Source: Rhizophagus irregularis (taxonomy: Eukaryota). Taken from it: DNA of 64,000 bases. How positions within the stretch are numbered: position 1 is the stretch's first letter; every line of letters begins with the position of its first letter. Under the pieces are notes generated by a model. It did not search any database and had not been told where the DNA came from. It worked only from the letters and a program-made list of their open reading frames with translations. The translations under genes and the position numbers were made by a program. The stretch covers positions 5,208,001 through 5,272,000 of the forward strand of contig NC_089435.1 in assembly GCF_026210795.1 (NCBI RefSeq). The letters are read 5' to 3'. This document shows, piece after piece, positions 50,673 through 61,600 of this stretch.

Positions 50673-53527
50673 CATCAGTAAATTTTTTGGGATGTGGATC
50701 CCTAAGGATTCTATAAATTACTATAGAATCTTTAGAGATCCAGTATTTTATGGATTTCTCAAAAATCCTATAACAAATTTTAAGGATTTTTTTGGATTCT
50801 GCAGCTTATAGGATTCATAAGGATTTCCAATAAAAAATCTTTAAGGATTCTATACTAAAAATCAATTTTACTTTTCACGTAAAATGATCTACAAATATGT
50901 GTTACAAAATTATTGATGTCATATGACTTGTTCGATTTCAAAAAAAATGGTTTCTTTTTTTAAAATAAACTTTAACAATATCTTTTCTTTACCACTCACA
51001 TGTAATTTTCCTTCCTCTTCATATGTTTCCCCTTTTACACGTTCTTTCCTATATATTTTTCTCTTCCCCTTTCACTCTATGTACTTTCTTTTTTTTTCCT
51101 CTTTCCAATGTTAATATAGAATATTTTTTTGGAAATTAACATTTTTTTTTCGATTTAATTTTCAAAGCTTTTTTTAAAAACTTTCTAACGTTTTTCTATA
51201 TTTTTAGATAGCTTCTTAAGCTCTTTGGTCGATGGCATTTTGGTAGGTATTTTTTTTTATTTTTTCTTTATTTATTTTAATGAACATTACTAATTCATTT
51301 TTTTTTCTTTTTTTAGAATTTTTTTCAATATAGAAATGCAGTATATATATATATATATATATATTGAGTAAAAATTTTTTGTTTTGATGAATATTATTTA
51401 CTAATTGTTTGTCTTCTTTTTTTTAGGTATTTTGTTGAGACTCTTAACATAAACGAAATTGAGTAAGTAAAAAAATTTTTTAATGATTTTTTTATTTTTT
51501 TTTTATTTTAAAATTTATTAATTGGTTTGTTTTATTTTCCTTAGATTTTTTCAACATGAATATTCAATAAGTAAAAATGATTTTATAGTTTTTTTATTTT
51601 AACGAACATTACTAAATATTCATTTTATTTCTTTTTTCTTTAAGCAGTTTCTTAAAATCTCTCTGGGTGTTGATGGGAATGACAGGTATTAAAAAAAATT
51701 TTTTTTTTCTTTTTTCTTAATGAACATTTCTAATTGTTTGTTTTTTTCTTTTTTTTAGGTATTTTTTGAGACTATGGACATGGGAATTTGGTAATTAAAA
51801 ATATATATACATATATAATTTTTTATTTTAACGAATATCATTATTAACTTTTTATTTTCTTTTTTTTTTAGCAGTTTCTTTGAGTCTTTCTAGAAATGAT
51901 GTTGTGAAATACTGGTGAGTAAAAGAAAAATATTTTTATATTCTTTTTAATATTAATAAACATTACTACCAAACTGTATTTTTTTTATTATAATATTATC
52001 GAAACATTACATACTACAGATAAATCTGCAATTTCAGCATAGATCATATGACTTATTGATTTGATTTACCGATTGATAATCTTTTTTTAAAGTTTTTTTT
52101 TAACTGAATTATTTAAAAAAATTTATTTCCTTTTTATAAATCATTTTTTTTTTTAAATCAAATATTTTTTTAAAAAATTATTTTCTGAATTTATTTAAAA
52201 AGAAACTTTTTTTAGCCTGAGTGATTTTTTATCAGTTTTTAAATCAAATAATTTTTTTAAAAAAATATATATTTTTTTTTTCTTTGGACTTAGTTTTTAG
52301 CATAGAATGGTAAGTTGAGGAGTACAGTACATATTTTTTTTATTATAGAAATGTTTAATACTAATGTTCCTTTTCATTTTTTTCTTAAAGACGGCGAACT
52401 TCAGTCTGGAACTTTGGAATGGTAAATTGAGAGGGGGGTTGTGTCTTTTAAACAGTTACTTATTTCTTTTTTCTCTTTTTAGAGGGTTGTTCTTCAGCTT
52501 TTTAGACGTAAAATTTGGCGAGAATAGTTTTTCAGTGAGGTTAAATAATTTTCGTTTTTTATTTTGTTAATGAATTATTTCTAACAGTTCAATTTTTCTT
52601 TTGTAGATGGGCTTGTTTATTTGGATATTAGACATGTGAAAGTTGGTAATGGGGTTACTTTTAATAATAATTTTTTTAACAAAACTTAATTAAAAGAATA
52701 AAACTAATAGCATTTTTAATTCTCTCCTGTAGATATTAACTTTAAACTTGGATATTGCTTGAGATCAGATATTTTGACATGAGATCAGGTACATACTGTT
52801 TATTTAAAGAAATTTCTTTGATTTTGTTTTTATTCAAAGATATTAATGATGCTTTTTTTTATTTTTTTTATAGATATCTGGCTTTGGACTTTAGATATGG
52901 AGTCAATACCAAAATTTGATGCAACTAATGGGAATTGTAATAATAATTTTAAAATTAATAAAATTAGACACATTTTAGTATTTAATTATTGAAGCTATTT
53001 TTATTTAATACTTTTGATTAATTAGCTTTAAAAAGAATATATAATAATGCATGGAATATAATAAATAGATGTATTAATAATAATAAATAAAATATAACAC
53101 ACGTCGAATGACCAAAAACAGGCAAAAAAAAATGGCTAGAATTGCATAAACTATTCGCAAATTTATATAAACTATTTACAAATAGTATAGGTTAATTCGC
53201 AAATAGCCAAAAACAGCCAAGAATAGCTAAAAATAGCCAAGAATAACCAAGAATATCTACTGCTTTTCATGCCATTTTTTTGCTGATTTTTAGCATTTCG
53301 ACCTGTGTAATAAATAAAATTAATAAATTTAATGATATAATAATAGACAAATATAAATAAAAAAATACTTTAAGGATTTCTTATTGGCGAACTTAGGATC
53401 CTTAAGGATTCTATAAAAATTTTATGATAGGGAATCCTCGCTGGTGGGAAAGGTTCCTTAGGAATCTTTACTAATTACAGGATTTTTGGAATCCCTAAGA
53501 ATCTGCGCTCCAAAAAATTTACTGATG
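50673..53527. mobile_element. Non-autonomous CATCAGT element
   Basis: TIR catcagtaaattttttgg / ccaaaaaatttactgatg; TA flanks; aaggattc subterminal motifs; contains array D and an orphan CACAGG right end at ~53308. Confidence 0.85.
51200..52900 (+). repeat. Array D: about 14 diverged intron/micro-exon units
   Basis: Repeated poly-T-(T/A)AG | 20-45 nt | GTA/GTGAG ... (A)CTAA(T/C) ... poly-T-TAG on the plus strand. Confidence 0.65.
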
Positions 53528-55207
53528 TATGAGATCTATTTACAACAATGGAAACAGACATATTCAAAGGTTTGTTTTTACTTAAGCTTTTTAATTTACT
53601 ATATGTTTATTGAAATTTATGATAGAAGAACCCTTTTGAAGAAGCTCTTTTCTTTGTATATTTAACAACTTCTTAAAAAACAAATTTTTTGGGTTTTATA
53701 ATAAATTATTTACATGATTTTTCTTTGTTAGAAACTGATCTATCTATTATTTTATTTTCTTTGAATAGTGAATGACTCTTTTTCATTCCTTTAAATAAAA
53801 TACAAAATCTTAAAAATAACTTATTGGTAAGAAATTTTATGATGTAATATTAGTAATATAGTATTATTTTCTCAGTGTATATATTGGCTAAACAAATAAT
53901 TTTACATTTTAAAAGATTAAATCACTCTAATTTTGGAATCAAAGATCTTTCCAATTGATTCACTACATATAGAAATATTGACAATCAAATTCATAATTAG
54001 GAATAAATGTGTTGAACGCATTTATTCATCAACCAATGATTCAACTAAAGTAATTTTTAATTTGTTGGATAGGTCTTGGACTCTTGGTCTATTCTTTAAA
54101 GTAAATATAAAAATGTCAGTCTAGTTTATATGTAAGTTAAATTATTTGCATTTTTTTTATAAGAATTATGTTTGATTTTAATTTTACACAGATGATATAT
54201 ATTAAAGTTCTTTATTTTACATCCATATTCAGTAAAATTTTGAATACAAGTATATCAAGTTGCTATTTATTAATTTGGAAAGTTTGAGTTATAATTATTA
54301 TGTAGAATTTTAAATTCACCAAATATTTATATCAAAAAAATGTATTGATCACGTTAAATTAATAAGTTGTTATATATAAAAGTTAGTCAATAATAATCTG
54401 ATTTTAATAAAAATTGGTATAATTAAAATTTAATATAGAACATATATATTAATAGAATTTAAGGATATATTAATATGCCATGTTGCATATTGGAATTGTA
54501 TATCACGTGATAAAATCAAAAAAATTCGTGTGATAAAATCGAAAGCCTGCTATGCTCTTTATTAATAATGATTTTTATGCAACTTTTACACAAATACTGA
54601 ATCATCAATTGATTATCACAATGCTTATTAATATCTGAATGTTTTTTTGATTTTTCTTTTAAGCAATCTCTCTGAGAATAATAATATCGATAAGTTATAT
54701 TTTTTCTTTTTTTTCATTAAAAGTATCGTGAAATCTTTATTAAAAAAATAATAAAATTAATAATAAACACCTATAATCAAATATTGTAAATAAATTCAAC
54801 TCACATCCAGGTATATTTGTCCACATCAAATATTATTTTTACAAATACAATTGGCTTATTCCTTTAAATCACCTTCCAGTTTAGTACTTTTTATAGTACA
54901 AGAAAGTTTAAATTCATGATTTTCTTTGTTCTTACTATTATTCATATTTTCAAATAAATCTGCTATATAGTCATCAAATCCACCATAATGCAATCAACAT
55001 CTGCATTATTTTGCATTATTTTTCACTGATAAACTTTCTTATTTGTAATGCGACATGTATTGCAAGTACAAAAGGATTTTCCATTAACAGTAAATAAGTT
55101 AAGAGGTAAAGTTTTTTTACCTTCTTTACAATACTACTTGTTATTGTCATTTGTCATAAGAATTTTTGAAGTCATTATAGTTCTATAAATATTTTAAATG
55201 AATATTA

Positions 55208-55718
55208 CATCAGGAAATTTGTTTAGGCGTAATTTAGTGTAATATTTCGGAGGTGGTGTAAAATTTCAAAATATTACACTAAAAACGTAATATTACAAAA
55301 GTTTACATTCTTAAATTTGAATAATTATAGTAATTTAAGAATATCTCTCTATTTACTGATTCAATCAAGATGATTTATAGCTCATTGGAATCAGCTCATC
55401 AAGACGAATCGAATGGTAGTAAATCGCATTTCTACAGTTGATAGAACGTTTTGTAGTATGCAATAAAGTTTTAAATTCATCTATCGAACGTAAAGATATG
55501 ATTTTACTACCATTCGATTCGTCTTGATGAGCTGATTCCAATGAGCTATAGATCGTCTTGATTGGATCAGTAGATAGCAAGATATTTTTAAATTACTATA
55601 ATTATTCAAATTTAAAAGTGTAAACTTTTGTAATATTACGTTTTTAGTGTAATATTTCAAAATTTTACACCACCTCCGAAATATTACATTAAATTACACC
55701 TAAACAAATTTCCTGATA
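55208..55718. mobile_element. Foldback MITE, CATCAGG family (second copy)
   Basis: Palindrome catcaggaaatttg...caaatttcctgata; TA TSD. Confidence 0.9.
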
Positions 55719-55721
55719 TAT

Positions 55722-56898
55722 TAAAGCTCTGAATGGTTTTGGTTTAAACCAGGAACCAATCTGAAACTGACCAAAAATTCAGTTCAGTTTTCAGTTTGGT
55801 TCAGTTCTATTTTATTTTAAGAAAAAGTGTGAAAATCAGAATAACTCAACAACCAGTAATCATATAAAGACGTGCAATAGCTCATTAGAATCGCCTTATC
55901 GAGACGCATTGAATGGTGGTAAGATCATATCTCTAGTCTTGATATATCACGAGATAATCAATGCTAAACAATTTTTAAGAAACTAGTACTAGAATTGTAT
56001 TTATTAATCCTAGAGAAATAATCTTAGCATCATTTGATAAGCCTTAATGAGACGAATCTAATGAGCCTTTTTTCATTTTTTTATGATTACTACATAACGA
56101 GTTAACTTAATTTTTGCATTTTTTTAAATTTTTAAATGTCAAAAAATAAAAATTCCAATCTAAAATATAACCCATCATCTACTGATTGCATTGGAATGAT
56201 CTTTAGCTCATTAGAACCATCTCAATGAGATGAATTGAATGACAGTAAGATCATGTCTCTAGCATCAGTGATCAGTATATCACGAGATAAACTATGCTAA
56301 GCAGTTTTAGAAAATTAGTATTAAAAGTATCTATCGATGCTAAAGACATGATCTTACTGTTATTCAATTCGTCTCATTGAGACGGTCCTAATGAGCTAAA
56401 GATCGTTCCAATGCAATCAGTAGATGATGGGTTATATCTTAGATTGGAATTTTTATTTTTTGACATTCAAAAATTTAAAAAAATGCGAAAATTAAGATAA
56501 CTCATTATGTAGTGAGTATAAAAAAATGAAAAAAAACTCATTAGATTCGTCTCATTAAGACCTATCAAATGATGCCAAGATCATTTCTCTAAGATCAATA
56601 GATACTATTCTAGCACTAGTTTCTTAAAAATTGTTTAGCATTGATTATCTCGTGATATATTGAGGCTAGAGATAAAATCTTACTACCATTCGATGCGTCT
56701 TGATGCGGTGAATCTAATGAGCTATTGCTTGTTTTTATACGATTACTGGTTGCCGAGTTATTCCGATTTTCACATTTTTTTTTTAAAAATTAGATAAAAT
56801 CGAACTGAACTGGACAGTTCTGGTTCAGTTTTCATTCAGTTTTGATTCCTACCTGAACTGAAAAAAAACTGCACTGAATTGACCCATTTTGAGCTTTA
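55722..56898. mobile_element. hAT MITE with a ~1-kb foldback interior
   Basis: TIR taaagctc / gagcttta; TSD aatattat, left copy split by the CATCAGG insertion; interior is an inverted repeat centred near 56300. Confidence 0.85.
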
Positions 56899-57315
56899 AA
56901 TATTATCAATAATTAATAATATAAAATAAATAAAACTCAATAAAGTAATAATTTATTTAAAGTAATTTTATCGTTATTATATATATTAATATTAAGGTTG
57001 CTTGCCGAAACTAGAGGGTTTCGGCAGAATGGCGTACGCGAAACTGCCAAAACTAGTTTTGCGAAATCATCAAGAAATGCCGAAACTGCGAAACCTATCA
57101 AAATCGCGAAACTGCCGTAACTTGCCGAAACTGTTTCGGCGTTTCGGCAATACTTTCTATATGATTTAATTAGAGTTTCGGCATTTAAACAATTTATAAG
57201 AATAAAGATTAAAGACAATATGATTTTTTGTATGTAAATATTTATTTTATAATATTTAATATTAAACTAATAAAATACACGATTAAAAATATAATAAAAA
57301 TTAAAATTTAATAAT

Positions 57316-57993
57316 ATCTTTATCTTCTATGTGGGGACCTGCTTCTACCTCTTCTTCTATCTCTACTTCTGTCCCGTCTTCTATCTCTACTTCTATCTCG
57401 TCTTCTATCTCTACTTCTATCTCATCTTCTATCTCTACTTCTTCGATCTACTTCGATCGGAGACCTAGATCGCGACCTTCTTCTTTCCCTTCGCAATCTA
57501 TATTCATATCGACGTCGATCATGCGCAGCATGCTGCCGTCGATACTCTCGTCTAAACAGATCTAAAATCCAATAAAAATATTAATGAATTGAATGAATTG
57601 CCTAAATAAAATTAATTTAAAATAATAATTAATAATAATTACCGGTTTGTAACCAGAATTCATCGTTCATATCAGCAAAACACGCTCTATCGAAACTATT
57701 TGGGCTTATAATAGGAATGTCGTCATCATTATTATTTATTATCCTACTGAGGTTTTCATAACCTCGTTTGAGGGCATTCCATTTTGTTTGGCATTGCCTG
57801 GGTGTCGCTGCAAATCCCGTTGCAACGAACACCCTATTTGCTATTATTGTCCATGCATTTACATGATGACGGTTTGCAATTCTTTCGAATTGCTGATGTA
57901 AGCTTTCCGCTCCGCGATTAATTGCCTAGCTGCGTTAATCGTCCATTGGAATACTGGTGGTGGCGGTGGGACAAAAGGTACTAATGCTGCCAT
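57316..57993 (-). pseudogene. Myb/SANT-like (trihelix-type) DNA-binding protein with RS/RD-rich tail, frameshifted
   Basis: MAALVP...QWTINAARQLIAER / ...AWTIIANRV...TPRQCQTKWNALKRGY; intron ~57562-57642; second exon RSRSRSP...(DRSRDRRR)n; 1-nt frameshift near 57900. Confidence 0.7.
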
Positions 57994-58329
57994 TTTTTAT
58001 TTTTATGATTTTTTCGTAACTTGAAATTTGAAAATTAAATACAATTTGAAAATTAAAATACAATTTGGTTTTGAATTGCGAAAAAAAAATTCAAATTTCA
58101 TAATATTTATAATAATTTTAAAATTCGTTATAATGTTTAAAACATGAACTGATGAACATAATAACATTCTACATAATTAAAGTATTTGTAACAAAATAAA
58201 CACAGTTTTGATTCTAATGTAATAAATTTAATTAACGCAGTTCTAAATTTTTTTTTGTAACGCAGTTCTTAAAATTTATTGATCTAATGTAATAAATTTA
58301 ATTAACAAAGTCCTTAAAACTTATTGATT

Positions 58330-58490
58330 CTAATATAATATGCTTATCCTTATTCCTTAATTAAATTGCACTATTTTTAAAATATAATATGCTTATCCTT
58401 ATTCCTTAATTAAATTGCACTATTTTTAAAATATAATATGCTTATCCTTATTCCTTAATTAAATTGCAATGTTTTAAAATATAATATAAA
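58330..58490. repeat. ~50-bp tandem repeat, 3 copies
   Basis: Unit tataatatgcttatccttattccttaattaaattgcactatttttaaaa. Confidence 0.9.
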
Positions 58491-58662
58491 ATTACAATTG
58501 CCTGCATTGCCTGCATAATTATATGTTAACTGGACTTTGATCGCGAATATTTTGCCCTGCATAATTACATCATTTATTTCCTAAATAGTATCATTATTTA
58601 AATCACATGATATTAGAATTAATTCTCATTGGATTAACTATTGTAATTATTTCTCATTATTA

Positions 58663-61600
58663 TTATTCCTCATTATCATCATAATTATCGTCATTATTAT
58701 CACCGTCATCCATACCTAATACATCATCTATATCATAATCATAGTCACCTTCTCCGGGTCTCTTGTTATTACCACTATCATCAACTTCATCATCTTCCGC
58801 ATTATTTTCATCTGAATCATCCAATATATCTCTTGGAATATCGCCGATTTCACTAGTAATTGAATCATGCGATAAATTAACAAATTGATCAATCCATAGA
58901 CTTTCGATTACTACACGGCAATTGTCTTCGGGTATTGTTTCACCGCTTGTAGTTAATCTCTGAGTAGAAGCTTGCTCCTCATTATATTCCTCATCGTCAT
59001 CTTCTGCAAAAGCTTCTGCAATACGTATATTGATCTCATCATCACTAAGACGAGTATTCACTGGTCGAATGAAGGGCTACCGGGTAAATTTCATATACCC
59101 GATAGCCCTATTATATGTTTTCGATTTTAACCTGAATGGCAGCTGATCGATCCACCCGATTTGTGACCGGTTCTCGGTGCAGATCAGGTATAAGTCATGT
59201 GACTTTCAGGTTAGAACATAACGGTAAAGTGCTATATGAATATCGGGAGAATTTCAGCAATCCGATATTTCTCCGAACTATTTATAATATTAGATGTATA
59301 TTTGCTACATCGAAACCCGAAACTTATTATTTATTTATTTATATATACTATATATTATTCATTTATTTATTTATTTAACATAATAACATATATATATATT
59401 TATTTTATTATTATATTTTTAAAAATTATATTCGTTAATTTATCCTATTCTATCTATCTACATTATGTTGTTAATGGTTTGGAATATTATTCCAGTTGGT
59501 TCGATTCCAACAAACAACTATTTTTCCCAAAGTTTTTATGCCAACTCTTCCGAACTATTGCCTACTAATACCAAACGAATTAAGCAGAAGATGGATATTA
59601 GATTGTGGTGGATTAGGTTGATTTTGACTTGGTAAAATTGTGAGTGAAATATTATTTCGTTCTCTATAAAAAAAAAGAACGTTTAGTAAACGTTCTTAAC
59701 GAAAAATATTAAAAAAAATAAGTTCTGGTACCTTGTGTCAATTTCATCTTGAGCGAATTACCTACAAGAAAACGAAAAAAGTAACGTTAAAAATGTTACA
59801 AAAAAAAATAGAAAAACCCTTCTATTTACCTTTCGTCCAAAGTCCAGTTCGTAATCTTGTCTGGCGTTCCTACTAAAAAAGAAAGAAACGTTAGTACGTT
59901 TCTTTAAAACAATTAAACACCATACACCGCATTATCCCATATACCTAAGTCCAGGTTCTCCCAAATTCCTAGGAGTCCGGTAATCTAAAAAACAAAAAAA
60001 GAAACGTTAATACGTTTCTTTAACATAATTAAACACCAACGCTATACACTTCCCCATATACTTTACCGGGTTCTTCCAAATTCCTAGGAGTCCGGTAACC
60101 TAAAAAAATGAAAAAAAGAAACGTTAATACGTTTCTTTAATACAATTAATGCCATACACTCCTCCCATATATTTTACCGGATTCTTCCAAGTCCGGTAAC
60201 CTAAGAAAATGAAAAAGAAACGTTAGTACGTTTCTTTAACACAATCAAACGTCATACGCCACCCATATATTATACCGAGACTTCCAAGTTCCTAGGAGTC
60301 CGGTAACCTAAAAAAATTGAAAAAAGAACGTTGATACGTTTCTTTAACAGCCCCCATATATCTAAATCCGATTTATTGAAAAAAAAATATTTAGTTTCGA
60401 CAAAAAAACTTACCGAATTTAAATACCGAGCTCAACAAATCCTACAAAAAAAGAAAAAGAAACGTTAAAACGTTTCTTAATAAAAATAAAGTTTCGTAAC
60501 GATTTTCGTTACGAAACTTACCATTTCGACCTTAGAGTACCGGAGCGGCGGAGCCTACAGATTCTACAAAAAAAATAATAAGAACGTTAGAAACGTTCTT
60601 TGAAAAATAAAAAAAATATTGAAAGTTTGAAACTTACCCTCTCTTAGGCCTTAGCATCCCAGTCCGGTATAAAAGTCGAAGGGAGCCTACAAAATAAATA
60701 AAGAAACATTAGTAACGTTTCTTTAAAAAAAAAATAAAAAAAGAATCGAAGTTTCAAAACGAAACTTCGAAACCTAACCGAAATCCAATATCCAGAGAGT
60801 ATCTACAAAAAGAAGAAACGTTAATATAACGTTTCTTACAAAAAAAAGAATAAAAAAAGATTGTTTCGCAACGTTTAAACTTACCGTTTCGAAACACCGA
60901 GCCGAACACTTGAACCTACAAAAAAAGAGAGAAACGTTAATATAACGTTTCTCAAAGAAAAAAATTTTTTTAAGTTTCGTAACGTAACTAAACGTCGCGA
61001 AACTCACCGTCATTTCGAATTTCACAAGGCCGAAATACTTGAACCTACAAAAAAAAAGAGAGAAACGTTAATATAACGTTTCTTACAAAAAAAATAAATA
61101 AAAAATAAGTTTCGCGTTGTCAAAACTTACCATTCGAAAAGTTGCCATTTGACAAGCCCCCACTAACCTACAAAAAGAGAGAAACGTCAGAATAACGTTT
61201 CTCAAACTCAAAAGAAAAAAAATTCAGTTTAAGCTTGAACGCTGCGAAACTTACCGTTCGTTTCGTTGAAAAATGAAAAAAGATATTTCGAAGTATACTT
61301 GAAGTATATCTTCGAAATGTCGAATTTAATTTCGTCCGTCTAAGGAGCCGCCCAAAAGAAACCGAACCTAAAAAGAAAAAAAACGAAACGTTAATAAACG
61401 TTTCGTTGAAAAAAAACAAAAAAAAATATATTTCGAAGTATACTTCAAGTATACCTTCGAAATGTCGAGTAAGGAGCCGCCCAAAGAAGTCGAACCTAAA
61501 AAAGCAAAAAACGAAGCGTTAATAAACGTTTCGTTGAAAAAAAAAAACCCAAAAAGAAAGACATTTTGAAGTATATATACCTTCAAAATGTCTTATTGAT

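Noticed and set aside
57329..57565. Plus-strand Ser/Thr-rich ORF
   Set aside because: Antisense shadow of the RS/RD-rich exon on the minus strand.
59136..59568. Two short ORFs in the CACTG element
   Set aside because: AT-rich low-complexity translations with no motif.
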